From contig CAVVYR010000001.1 in assembly GCA_963752475.1 (NCBI GenBank), positions 96,001 through 160,000 of the forward strand: a DNA stretch of 64,000 nt. Direction: 5' to 3'. The translations under genes and the position numbers were made by a program. This DNA comes from an uncultured Chloroflexia bacterium (lineage in GTDB: Bacteria; Chloroflexota; Limnocylindria; Limnocylindrales; CSP1-4). Position 1 is the first letter of the stretch. The number at the start of each line of letters is the position of its first letter. The notes under the pieces were generated by a model that saw only the letters and a program-made list of their open reading frames with translations, was not told where the DNA came from and did not search any database. Positions 20,493-29,738 of this stretch are shown piece by piece.

Positions 20493-21503
20493 ATGGCAAA
20501 GGGGTCGCGCAAGGTCTGGATCGACCTGACCAACTCCCCTCACGTGCTCTTCTTCCGGCCCGTCATCCGCCGGCTGGACGAAGCCGGCGTGGAGACCGTC
20601 GTCACCGCGCGCGACTTCGCCCAGACGTTGGGGCTGCTGGAGCGCTACGACATCCCCCACACCGTCATCGGCAAGCACGGTGGTGCCTCGGTCAGCGGCA
20701 AGGCGCTCGGGCTGGTGCGACGCTCGGGCGCGATGATCGCCTTCGGGCGCGGCGAGGGCATCACCCAGGCCGTCAGCCATGGCTCCAACGACCTCGCCAT
20801 CGCCGCCCGCACGCTGCGCATCCACAGCACCGTCATCCACGACTACGAAGGCGCAGCGGGTATGCATCGCATCAACTTCCGGCTCGCGAGCAAGGTCATG
20901 ACGCCGGACGTCATCCCCTACTCCGCGCTCTCGGGCTACGGCCTCAAAGAGGCCAAGTTCCACCCCTACCACGGGCTCAAGGAGCAGGTCGCGCTGGCCG
21001 ATTTCGCCTTCGACGAGTCGGTCTACGAGGAGCTGGGGCTCGATCGCGAGCGGCCCATCGTGGTGCTGCGCCCGCCGGCCACGATGAGCCTGTACCACCG
21101 GGGCATCGAGAACACCGTCTTCGACGACGTCGTGGCCCGCCTGCTCGACTCGGACGCCCAGGTCGTGCTGCTGCCGCGCACGCCCGAGCAGGGTCGGTCC
21201 TTCGCTGACGCTCCGGGGGTCATCATCCCCGAGCGACCCGTCGACGGGCCTTCGCTGGTGTGGGCCGCGGATGCGGTCATCAGCGCCGGCGGCACGATGA
21301 ACCGCGAGGCGGCCGTGCTGGGCGTGCCCACGTGGACGACCTTCGCAGGCGAGCTGGGAGCGGTGGACCGCGAACTGGTCGAGCAGGGACGGATGCGGGT
21401 GCTGGCCGATGCGGACGAGGTCGAGATCGCCAAGCGGGAGCCGGCGGAACCGGACTTCGAGGCCGTCGCCGACGAGGTCACGCAGGAGATCCTGCGCACC
21501 TGA
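20493..21503 (+). CDS. DUF354 family GT-B-fold protein
   Basis: KVWIDLTNSPHVLFFRP, VTARDF, ADAVISAGGTMNREAAVLGVP. Start moved to ATG 20493. Confidence 0.85.
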   Translation: MAKGSRKVWIDLTNSPHVLFFRPVIRRLDEAGVETVVTARDFAQTLGLLERYDIPHTVIGKHGGASVSGKALGLVRRSGAMIAFGRGEGITQAVSHGSNDLAIAARTLRIHSTVIHDYEGAAGMHRINFRLASKVMTPDVIPYSALSGYGLKEAKFHPYHGLKEQVALADFAFDESVYEELGLDRERPIVVLRPPATMSLYHRGIENTVFDDVVARLLDSDAQVVLLPRTPEQGRSFADAPGVIIPERPVDGPSLVWAADAVISAGGTMNREAAVLGVPTWTTFAGELGAVDRELVEQGRMRVLADADEVEIAKREPAEPDFEAVADEVTQEILRT

Positions 21504-21508
21504 TCGCA

Positions 21509-21555
21509 GCAGTCGCTACTTCGTCTTGAGCGGCAGTCGCTACTTCGTCTTGAGC
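21509..21555. repeat. Tandem duplication of 23 bp (24-bp period) spanning the protease stop codon
   Basis: GCAGTCGCTACTTCGTCTTGAGC occurs at 21509-21531 and 21533-21555. Confidence 0.95.
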
Positions 21556-22391
21556 AGGCGCTTGACCTGGGATGTGACACGGATCCCGAGTCGGTCCGTG
21601 CGGAGGCCCATCTTGCACTGACCGTTGCCGTTGATGGCGCACTCGGTGACGATGCCGACCACGCAATGCGTGCGGCCACACGGCGAGTCCTTGGCGAAGG
21701 TGCGCCACACCGGGCCGCCGCTCATGCCGGAGGAGATGAAGCCGGTGAAGCGCAGTTGGCGCCCCTCCGGGTCGAAGTTGGCCGGGCGGACGCGACCCTC
21801 GGTACGCCACATGTTGAGTCCGTTCATGCCGCTGATGCGACCGTCGGCGGGGTAGCCTGCTGTTCGGACCTTCTGGCCCGCGGTGAGCGAGCCGTCGCCC
21901 TGTTCGGTGGCCCACAGACGCAGGATCGAGTTCTTCGGGAACGTGCACTTGGTCGTGAGCACGGCGTAGTCGTGAGCGCGACTACCGACCGTTCGGTCGC
22001 CCCCGCCGCCCTTCACGAACTTGGCGTGAGCCCACACCCTGGAGACACCGCAGGCCTTGTAGGCCGAGCCGCCGAGCGATCGGCTGAAGGCGCGGTAGAC
22101 GCGGAGCGTCCTGGGCAGCCCCGGCTTGAGCCTGTAGCGGCCGGCTGCGGCGTTCTGCACCAGACAGTGCGCCGCGGTGGCGACCTTGTTGGAGCCGATG
22201 ACGAAGCCGGTGCAGACGATGCGCTCGCCGACGCTCACGAGGGTGAGGCCGCGGAACGGCTTCTGGGTCAGCTTGGCCTTGGGCACCTTCGAGTAGTCAC
22301 CCTCCCCGGCCGTGACCGTGCCGAAGCCGGCACCGAGCGCGACGGTGGTCACCACCAGCAACGAGACGAGGCGAGGGAACGTCCGGCTCAA
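21540..22391 (-). CDS. Secreted trypsin-like (S1) serine protease
   Basis: Signal peptide; triad motifs ATAAHC, HDYAVL, SGMSGGPV; AGYPAD. Confidence 0.88.
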   Translation of the reverse strand: MSRTFPRLVSLLVVTTVALGAGFGTVTAGEGDYSKVPKAKLTQKPFRGLTLVSVGERIVCTGFVIGSNKVATAAHCLVQNAAAGRYRLKPGLPRTLRVYRAFSRSLGGSAYKACGVSRVWAHAKFVKGGGGDRTVGSRAHDYAVLTTKCTFPKNSILRLWATEQGDGSLTAGQKVRTAGYPADGRISGMNGLNMWRTEGRVRPANFDPEGRQLRFTGFISSGMSGGPVWRTFAKDSPCGRTHCVVGIVTECAINGNGQCKMGLRTDRLGIRVTSQVKRLLKTK

Positions 22392-23785
22392 GCGCTCACC
22401 TCGCGGGGAGAGGCGCCTTCACGGATGGAGCGCGCTGATCCGACCGGGGCGTCCTCGCGCGCGAACTTGCGGTAGAGCTCCACGAGCCCGACGGCGGTGC
22501 GATCCCAGGTGTACTTGGTGAGGGCTACCTCACGGCAGTGGGCCCGCAGCTCGCGGCGCTGCTCGGCCGGCGCGGTGAGCAGATTCGCACAGGCAGCAGC
22601 GATGGCAGCCGGGTCGTCGATGTCGACGCAGACCCCGATCCGTTCATCCGACGTCAGCCGGCACTGCTCGTTGCCTTCGCTCACGACGACCGGCACGCCG
22701 GCCATGATCGACTCGAAGAGCTTGTTGGGCAGGTTCATCTTCTGGTTCAGCGTCCGCGGTGGCTGGCCCACGAACGACACGTCAGAGCTGGCGGTCCAGG
22801 GCATGAGATCGTCGGGACGCACAGCGGGCAGCAGGTAGATGCGACCGGGGTGCCGTTCCACAGCGTCAGCGATGAAGGCCTCGAGGCGGCCGTAGCCCAT
22901 GAACACGACCGCTGCGCCGAGCTCCATCAGGGCCGGCTGCGTGGCCGCAGCCACGAGCTCCTCCACGCCTCGATCGACGGAGAAGCCACCCTGGTAGAGC
23001 ACGATCGGCCGCTCGGGCTCGATGCCCGTGGCCTCGCGGATCTTGTCGGACTCGATGATGCCGGGCTCGTCCGGCCGCCAGGCGGGCGGGCAGTTCCACA
23101 GGATCGTCGGGCGGGGCACGCCCCACTTGCGCACGACGAGATCGGCGACCGGGTCGCTCACGGCCAGGAAACCGGCACCATCGCGGGCCCAATCACGCTC
23201 GCGTCGGCGCACGGACTCGCGCACGACCCAGGGCATCCGCGCCAGGCGGGCAGCCTCGGTGTGGTAGTCGGCGACGTCGTAGACGAAGCGGCCATCGAGC
23301 CGCTTGGCGGACTCGCGCACGACCGGCAGCACGATGAGCGACTGCGCGTGGAAGACCTCCGTCTCGGGGGCAGCCTCGACGACAGCGTCAGCCCAGGGGC
23401 CCACGCGACGGGCGTTGGCGACCATCTCCAGCACACGGCGACCCAGGTGCAGCACGCGGTCGAACCCCTTGGGTGCGTCGGGTGGCAGCACCTGCGCGTC
23501 GTAGTCGAGGCGGACCATTCGGCAGAGGCCACGACGAACGCGCGTGGGCAGCGGCTTGAGCGCGTTGCTGATGCGGCGGTCGATGTCGAGTCGGGTCAGC
23601 CGCACACCTGGTGCCAGCTCTTCCTCCGGCGGCAGCCCCGGAGCCGACCAGCCGAGGATGCGCAGGCGGTGCCCATCGGCAGCCAGCGAGGTCGCTGAAC
23701 GCAGGAATCGCGAATCGAACTCGAAGGGGTTGGCAGCGACGATGGTGATGTTCAGCCGTTCCGGCTGCGGCGCGTCGGCACTCAC
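22388..23785 (-). CDS. Glycosyltransferase family 4
   Basis: DSRFLR, VYDV, LYQGG...RGVEEL, LPNKLFESIMAGVPVV. Confidence 0.9.
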   Translation of the reverse strand: MSADAPQPERLNITIVAANPFEFDSRFLRSATSLAADGHRLRILGWSAPGLPPEEELAPGVRLTRLDIDRRISNALKPLPTRVRRGLCRMVRLDYDAQVLPPDAPKGFDRVLHLGRRVLEMVANARRVGPWADAVVEAAPETEVFHAQSLIVLPVVRESAKRLDGRFVYDVADYHTEAARLARMPWVVRESVRRRERDWARDGAGFLAVSDPVADLVVRKWGVPRPTILWNCPPAWRPDEPGIIESDKIREATGIEPERPIVLYQGGFSVDRGVEELVAAATQPALMELGAAVVFMGYGRLEAFIADAVERHPGRIYLLPAVRPDDLMPWTASSDVSFVGQPPRTLNQKMNLPNKLFESIMAGVPVVVSEGNEQCRLTSDERIGVCVDIDDPAAIAAACANLLTAPAEQRRELRAHCREVALTKYTWDRTAVGLVELYRKFAREDAPVGSARSIREGASPREVSA

Positions 23786-23876
23786 GCGTGCAGGATCTCC
23801 CGATGGCCCCGATCCACCGTGAACCGAGGTACGTCAGTGGCCAGCCTAACCGGTCCTTGGCTTATGGGCACGACAA

Positions 23877-24662
23877 TCAGTCGTGCCCCTCCCCCTCCGG
23901 GCCCATCCGCCCCGTCGGACCGCGTCCGCGGAGCTCCTCCCAGCGCAGCTGCAGCACCACCACGAGCGCTTCCACGATGATCGACTTGGACATCTTGCTG
24001 GTGCCGATCTCACGGTCCTTGAAGACGATGGGAACCTCCGTCACCGAAGCGCCGGCCCGGGTCGCGAGATAGGTCGTCTCGATCTGGAAGACGTAGCCAC
24101 CCGAATGCACGCGGTCCCACTCCACGGCCTCGAGGGCGGCGCGGCGCCAGGCCTTGAAGCCACCGGTCAGATCGTTGGGCCCCAGGCGCAGGACGATCTT
24201 GGCGAAGAGCGAACCACCGCGCGAGACGATGCGCCGCAGCACACCCCAATCGCGCACGCCACCACCCCGGGTGTAGCGCGAACCGATGACGAGGTCGGCG
24301 TCACCATCGAGGGGAGCCACCAGGGAGGGCAGGTAGTCGGGCGAGTGCGACCAGTCGGCATCCATCTGGACGACGCGCTCGGCCCCGCCATCGAGGGCCA
24401 CGCCGAAGCCATCCATGTAGGCCCTGCCCAGGCCTTCCTTGCCGTTCCGGTGGAGCACGGTGATGCGCGGCTCCTCTGACGCGAGGCGGTCGGCGATGTC
24501 GCCGGTGCCATCGGGTGAAGCATCGTCGACCACGAGCAGGCGGCAGCCGGGAAGCGCAGCCAGGATGGCGGCGGAGATGCCCTCGAGGTTCTCGGCCTCG
24601 TCGTAGGTGGGCAGCACCACCCACGTTCCGACGTGGCGGCCAGGGTCAGTTCGTGCGGTCAT
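23877..24662 (-). CDS. Polyprenol-monophosphomannose synthase-like GT2 (Ppm1/DPM1 family)
   Basis: VVLPTYDEAENL, VDDASPDGTG, KEGLGRAY, QMDADWSH, DLTGGFK, GYVFQIE, SKMS. ATG 24662 has TAGACT 7 nt upstream. Confidence 0.92.
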   Translation of the reverse strand: MTARTDPGRHVGTWVVLPTYDEAENLEGISAAILAALPGCRLLVVDDASPDGTGDIADRLASEEPRITVLHRNGKEGLGRAYMDGFGVALDGGAERVVQMDADWSHSPDYLPSLVAPLDGDADLVIGSRYTRGGGVRDWGVLRRIVSRGGSLFAKIVLRLGPNDLTGGFKAWRRAALEAVEWDRVHSGGYVFQIETTYLATRAGASVTEVPIVFKDREIGTSKMSKSIIVEALVVVLQLRWEELRGRGPTGRMGPEGEGHD

Positions 24663-24717
24663 CGCCACCAGTCTATCGGCGCTGCGGACCGGCGCAGGGG
24701 CCGGGTGCCATGACCGG

Positions 24718-26583
24718 CTAGGTCAGCCGGATGACGAAGACCTTGGAGTGGTTGCCGCCACGCTTGTCGGTGCCCACGACGCGAACCCTCATCTGACCGG
24801 CGTTGCTCCTCTTGCGCGTGTCGATGACGACCTGGTACTGCGTCGGCGATAGCCTCTTCACCTTCTTGGGCGGGATCCGGTACTTGGCGATGCCCTTCTG
24901 GTTGGCGGTCACGACGGGCTTGCCCTTCAGCGGCTCCGAGCTGGTGAGGCGCAGGGTGACGGTTTCGCCGCGCTTGCGCTTCCACTTGGGCGTGTAGCCC
25001 TGGAAGGCCATGTGCCGGACGATGACGTCGTGGGCATACCAGCCGCTCGAGGTCTGGACCCTGACGCGGGCGGTGTAGCGACCGTCCGGGGCCCACTTGC
25101 CGTTGTCCTTCTTGCCGTTCCAGACCGCCCGGACCTCGCCCGCGCCGCGCTTGCGATTGACGATGAGCTTGCGCACGACCTTGCCCTTGCTGTCGCGGAT
25201 GGCGAAAGCCACGGTGGCCGGTCGGATGAGCTTGACCTTGACCGCGCTGGCCGGCGCGAGGGCGTCGCCGTCGCGGGCCCAGAAGAGCGCCGGGGTGACC
25301 TTGGGCGCCCTCAACGAGTTGAGGACCTTGACCGTCACGAGCTTGCTCACGCCGCGGTTGCCAGCGCGGTCGGTGGGCGTGAGATAGACGTTGTACTTGC
25401 CCTCGGCCACGAGCTTGCCGTTGTCGTTGCGGCCGTTCCAGTCGACGAAGCCGGTGCCCGCCTGGGCCCACGTGGTGGAGCGCCGGACAACGCCACCGTT
25501 GCGCTTGACCTTGACCTCCAGGAAGGCGGCTTCCGAGAGCTTGAACGAGACGCCCATGACGTCGGACAGGCCGTCGCCGTTGGGCGTGAATACCGGCGCC
25601 GCGGCACCGACCGAGGCGATCGTCACCGCTGCCTGGCGGGCCCTGAGCGCGCTCACCACGGGCGCCGTCGTGTCCGGCGGAGGTGCCGCTGCGCCACGCC
25701 ACTCGGTGGTGGTGAAGCTCAGGTCGCCGGTGACCGCTCGCAGGTAGACATCGTCCGGACTGGGGTCGATGTGGATGCGCGCGCCGGGGATGCGAACCGA
25801 GTCGTAGTGGCCGGGCGAGTGCCCGATCCAGCCGTTGTACGAGGGGTTGCTCCCGTCGTGGTAGCGGGTCATGAACACCGCGTCCATCGTGGAATCCTCC
25901 TGGTGGAGGGCCTTGACGATGTCTGCACCCGGCTGGTGACCGAGGGCCCAGACCACGCGTGCACCGATGGAGAGGAAGCCGTTGGCGAAGTTGTCCACGC
26001 GCTGGACGGCCACGTCGCGGGTGGCGGGCTCATCGCCGTTGGCGTGGCCGGATGCGTACGAGAGGTGCGCGAGCAGGACCACGGCTTTCGGCGCCAGGAC
26101 GATGTTCTCGCGCAGCCAGTCAGCACCCTTGTAGACGACGGTATTGGGGCCGCGCTCGTCCGGATCAGCGGCGTCGAGCCCGAGGCCGTTCTTGGTCTCC
26201 TCCTGGAACTCGCCGAACTTACTGGGCCAGCCGTTGCCATGGCCGACGTAGACGAACAGATCGGCACCCTGCGCCAGACTCTTCACTCGTGAGGCCGGGG
26301 CGTTGGGGTGGAAGATGCGGATGACCTCCATGCCCTGCGCCTCGGCGGCGTTGGCGATGTCGCTCGCGTAGCCGTTGTACTTCTCCGTCAGCGAGTGCAC
26401 CGGGCCGGCCACCACGACCGCCTTCTTGGCCCCCGCCGCAGCCGCACCGCTGACCCAGTTGAGGGCCGAGCTCGTGAGCACGAGCGCGATGATCGACAGC
26501 ACCACGGCCAAGCCTCGGATGACGTCCTTGCGCACGGCGCGTGAATGACGAGCCGGAGATGTGGTCTGGTGCCGTTCGGTCAT
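24718..26583 (-). CDS. Secreted protein with an N-terminal alpha/beta domain and two FlgD-like Ig modules
   Basis: Hydrophobic N-terminal segment; YVGHGNGWP; DTTAPVV; FTPNGDGLSD...WNGRNDNGKLVAEGKY and RDGD...WNGKKDNGKWAPDGRY. Start uncertain (26583, 26622 or 26673). Confidence 0.75.
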   Translation of the reverse strand: MTERHQTTSPARHSRAVRKDVIRGLAVVLSIIALVLTSSALNWVSGAAAAGAKKAVVVAGPVHSLTEKYNGYASDIANAAEAQGMEVIRIFHPNAPASRVKSLAQGADLFVYVGHGNGWPSKFGEFQEETKNGLGLDAADPDERGPNTVVYKGADWLRENIVLAPKAVVLLAHLSYASGHANGDEPATRDVAVQRVDNFANGFLSIGARVVWALGHQPGADIVKALHQEDSTMDAVFMTRYHDGSNPSYNGWIGHSPGHYDSVRIPGARIHIDPSPDDVYLRAVTGDLSFTTTEWRGAAAPPPDTTAPVVSALRARQAAVTIASVGAAAPVFTPNGDGLSDVMGVSFKLSEAAFLEVKVKRNGGVVRRSTTWAQAGTGFVDWNGRNDNGKLVAEGKYNVYLTPTDRAGNRGVSKLVTVKVLNSLRAPKVTPALFWARDGDALAPASAVKVKLIRPATVAFAIRDSKGKVVRKLIVNRKRGAGEVRAVWNGKKDNGKWAPDGRYTARVRVQTSSGWYAHDVIVRHMAFQGYTPKWKRKRGETVTLRLTSSEPLKGKPVVTANQKGIAKYRIPPKKVKRLSPTQYQVVIDTRKRSNAGQMRVRVVGTDKRGGNHSKVFVIRLT

Positions 26584-26669
26584 GTGCGGCCAAGGTTCGA
26601 CGCGCGCGCGGCTCGGGGCCATGCCGAAATGGTCATCGCCGGGGGTCCCAGATGGTCCCACCAGGGCGG

Positions 26670-27551
26670 TCAACCGTCGTCACTCTCACGATCGGTCGCC
26701 CGCTTGGGCGCCTTGAAGTTGGTCTGTACCAGCGCGTACTCGACGTGTTGGAGGTCCGCCTCGGGCACGATCAGCGCGGTCTTCACGACCTGTTCCGGCT
26801 CATCGATGATGTCGACGACGCGGCCGATGGGGATGCCCTTGGGATAGACCGAGCGGAAACCACCACCGAGGTTCACGCCGTAGGTCACGACCTGATCGTT
26901 CTCGGAAAGCCTCTGCGTTCTGGGGATGTCGGTCATGGCCAGCGGTGCCGAGAGCCGCCCTACGACCTCGCCGGTGGCATTGGTGCGCTTGACCCAGCCG
27001 GCCACCAGCGAGTTGGGGTCGCTGATGAGCATGACGTCAGCCCAGCCCTCACCGGCATCGGTCACGCGGCCCAGGAGAGCACCGCCCTCGGAGAAGACCG
27101 GCGCGTCCTTGCGGATGTCCGATTCGGTGCCCTTGTCGAGCGTGACGAGCCGTTCGTACTGCGTGAACTGGCGCGCGGACACGCCGGCCGCGACGGTCTT
27201 GACGCCCTTGTCTGTGAGCTCGCTCTTGGTGCCGAGCACCTTGGTCAGCTTCTTGTTCTCCGCCTGGAGGCTCTCGAGCACGGCCAGCTGGTCGTCCAGG
27301 CGCGCGACCTCCGCTCGCAGTTCATCGTTCTCGCGGCGGAGCATGTCGACCTCGTTGAGGGCGCCGGCCACCGACGTGACGGTACGGGTGCTGTCGCCCA
27401 GCATGTCCTGCACGGGCGAGATGGCGAAGCGGACGCCGCTGCGCATCTCGTCGACCGGTCCGGTATCGCTCACGGCGATCATGCCCATGGACAGCGTCAA
27501 CAGGACCACCAGGATGATCGAGCGGCGCCGGGCGTTGCGATCTCTCAGCAT
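26670..27551 (-). CDS. mreC: Rod shape-determining protein MreC
   Basis: TM helix, coiled coil LRRENDELR...ENKKL, LDKG, LGRV, YPKGIPIGRV; follows mreB. Start moved to ATG 27551. Confidence 0.93.
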   Translation of the reverse strand: MLRDRNARRRSIILVVLLTLSMGMIAVSDTGPVDEMRSGVRFAISPVQDMLGDSTRTVTSVAGALNEVDMLRRENDELRAEVARLDDQLAVLESLQAENKKLTKVLGTKSELTDKGVKTVAAGVSARQFTQYERLVTLDKGTESDIRKDAPVFSEGGALLGRVTDAGEGWADVMLISDPNSLVAGWVKRTNATGEVVGRLSAPLAMTDIPRTQRLSENDQVVTYGVNLGGGFRSVYPKGIPIGRVVDIIDEPEQVVKTALIVPEADLQHVEYALVQTNFKAPKRATDRESDDG

Positions 27552-27558
27552 GGGCGGC

Positions 27559-28617
27559 CTAGCGCGGCGGCCTCGAGTAGGTCTCGGCCACGAGCGCGCG
27601 CTCCATCTTGGGATCGTCGATGGACTCGAGCACGATGCCGGTGCCACGGGCCACGCAGGTCAGCGGGTCGTCAGCGATGTGCACAGGCATCTGGGTAGCC
27701 TCGGCGATGCGCCGATCGAGGCCCTGCAGCAGCGCGCCGCCGCCGGCGAGCACGATGCCCTGGTCGACGATGTCCGCGACGAGCTCCGGGGGCGTCTCTT
27801 CGATGGTGTCCTTGATGGTGCTGACGATCTGGGCCAGCGAGGCGTCGATGGCCTCGCGCACCTGCTCGGCGGTGATCTCCACGAAACGCGGCAGGCCGGT
27901 GAGCAGATCACGACCGCGCATGCTCACATGCTGCTTGTCGTGCGGGCCTGGATAGGCCGAGCCGATGGCGATCTTGATGTCCTCTGCGGTGCGCTCACCG
28001 ACGAGCAGGTTGTAGTCCCGCCGGGCGTAGCCGATGACGTCCTCATCGAGCTCGTCGCCGCCGACGCGTACCGAGCGCGAGACGACGATGCCACCGAGCG
28101 AGATGACCGCGACCTCCGTGGTGCCGCCGCCGATGTCGACGATGAGGTTGCCCGAAGGCTCCGCGACGGGCAACCCGGCACCGATGGCCGCGGCCATGGG
28201 CTCCTCGATGAGCCGCGCCCAGCGGGCGCCGGCGTTGAGGGCCGCATCACGCACCGCGCGACGCTCGACCTCGGTCACGCCGCTGGGGATACCCAGCAGC
28301 ATGCGCGGACGCGGTACCAGACCGACGCGATCGTGCACGCGCTGGACGAAATACTTGATCATCTGCTCGGTGACGTCGAAGTCGCTGACGACGCCGTCGC
28401 GCAGGGGGCGCACGATGCTGATGCTGGCCGGCGTGCGGCCGAGCATGCGCTTGGCCTCCGCGCCGATCTCGATGACCTTGCGCGACTTCGTATCGACCGC
28501 CACGATGCTGGGCTCGCTGATGACGATGCCCCGACCACGGACGTGCACGAGCGTGTTGGCGGTGCCGAGGTCCATCCCGATGTCACGGGAGAACGCACCG
28601 AAGAACGCGTCGATCAT
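27559..28617 (-). CDS. mreB: Rod shape-determining protein MreB
   Basis: DIGMDLGTANT, IEEPMAAAIGAGL, VDIGGGTTEVAVISLGG, GIVLAGGGALL. Start ATG 28617. Confidence 0.97.
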   Translation of the reverse strand: MIDAFFGAFSRDIGMDLGTANTLVHVRGRGIVISEPSIVAVDTKSRKVIEIGAEAKRMLGRTPASISIVRPLRDGVVSDFDVTEQMIKYFVQRVHDRVGLVPRPRMLLGIPSGVTEVERRAVRDAALNAGARWARLIEEPMAAAIGAGLPVAEPSGNLIVDIGGGTTEVAVISLGGIVVSRSVRVGGDELDEDVIGYARRDYNLLVGERTAEDIKIAIGSAYPGPHDKQHVSMRGRDLLTGLPRFVEITAEQVREAIDASLAQIVSTIKDTIEETPPELVADIVDQGIVLAGGGALLQGLDRRIAEATQMPVHIADDPLTCVARGTGIVLESIDDPKMERALVAETYSRPPR

Positions 28618-28783
28618 CTCTGGCGAGGACGGCCTCCTAGGGTGGCGGCTTGGACGCGGCCACGGGCGTGCTGACACCAACGGTAGCGCCACACCCACAC
28701 GGCAAGGGTGGCCTACCGATCACTGGAACGGGCCACGGCGACCCGGCCGAAGGCCCTCCTCGGCCTCCGTCTCCAGCCACGAG

Positions 28784-28789
28784 AGTATA
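28784..28789 (-). promoter_or_regulatory. Putative -10 element (TATACT) for the mreBC operon
   Basis: TATACT on the minus strand ~165 nt upstream of the mreB ATG, in the radC-mreB intergenic region. Confidence 0.45.
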
Positions 28790-28853
28790 CGCGGGCCTTC
28801 GAGGATCCCGACGGCCGACCGTTTCCGCCCGCACGCGACGAACGGCAGCGCCG

Positions 28854-29570
28854 CTAGCCATGGTCGAAAGCCACGCCCCGGTCACGCAGACTGACCCAGG
28901 AGCCGTGCCCGATGACCAGGTGATCGACGACGGCGATGTCCAGCAGTCGACCCGCGGCCACCGCCTCCGAGGTCATGTGCAGGTCATCAGGGCTGGGCGT
29001 GGGATCGCCGGAGGGATGGTTGTGCACGAGGATGAGCCTCGAGGCATGGAGCCGGACGGCGTCACGGAAGAGCTCTGCGATGCGCACGAGCGCAGCCGAG
29101 ACGTTGCCGCGGTAGATGGTGGGCATGGCGCACACGCCGTTGCGCGTGTCGAGCAGGACCACCCGTAGCTCTTCGCGTGGGAGGTGGCCCAGGTCCGCCA
29201 GCAACCGCGTGGCCAGGTCGCGCGGCCCGCGGATGGTCCAGCGGCCGGCAGGCCAGTCGGTCACCGCCCGGCGTCCCAGCTCGAACGCGGCCGTGAGCTG
29301 TGCGGCCCGCGCGGGTCCCACGCCGGGCACGTGCTCAAGCTCTCGCGGGGATGCCGCGGCCAACCCGGAGATGCCGTCGTAGCGAACGAGGGCATCCTCC
29401 GCCATGGCGGCGACTGCGGAGCCCCGGGCACCTGATGACCAGAGCAGGCCGATGAGCTCGACCGAGGAGAGGCCGGCAGCACCACGGGTCACGAGCCGCT
29501 CTCGCGGTCGTTCCGCCACCGGCAGCTCGCCGATCGAGTGTCTGGCCGGGGCCGAGCTCCTCGATGACAT
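28854..29570 (-). CDS. radC: RadC family JAB-domain protein
   Basis: ERPRERL, HhH GVGPARA, HNHPSGDPTPSPDD, DHLVIG. Confidence 0.95.
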   Translation of the reverse strand: MSSRSSAPARHSIGELPVAERPRERLVTRGAAGLSSVELIGLLWSSGARGSAVAAMAEDALVRYDGISGLAAASPRELEHVPGVGPARAAQLTAAFELGRRAVTDWPAGRWTIRGPRDLATRLLADLGHLPREELRVVLLDTRNGVCAMPTIYRGNVSAALVRIAELFRDAVRLHASRLILVHNHPSGDPTPSPDDLHMTSEAVAAGRLLDIAVVDHLVIGHGSWVSLRDRGVAFDHG

Positions 29571-29738
29571 CCGGCCTCCCTCGGCGGGCGGGTGTGGTCG
29601 TCGGTTCGTGGCGCCTCCGGGCCCGAACGACGGAGCCCGCCGATTCCCCCGCCATCCGGTCCCGAAGGCACGACGGACTGTAGACGGGGCTCCTTAGCGC
29701 CGGCTTCGCTGGGCCTTCGTTCCGACTGTGGGGATGGA

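Noticed and set aside
28854-29570. radC as a marker of a mobile element
   Set aside because: It is the full-length HhH+JAB form in the chromosomal radC-mreBC context, with no integrase or att sites.
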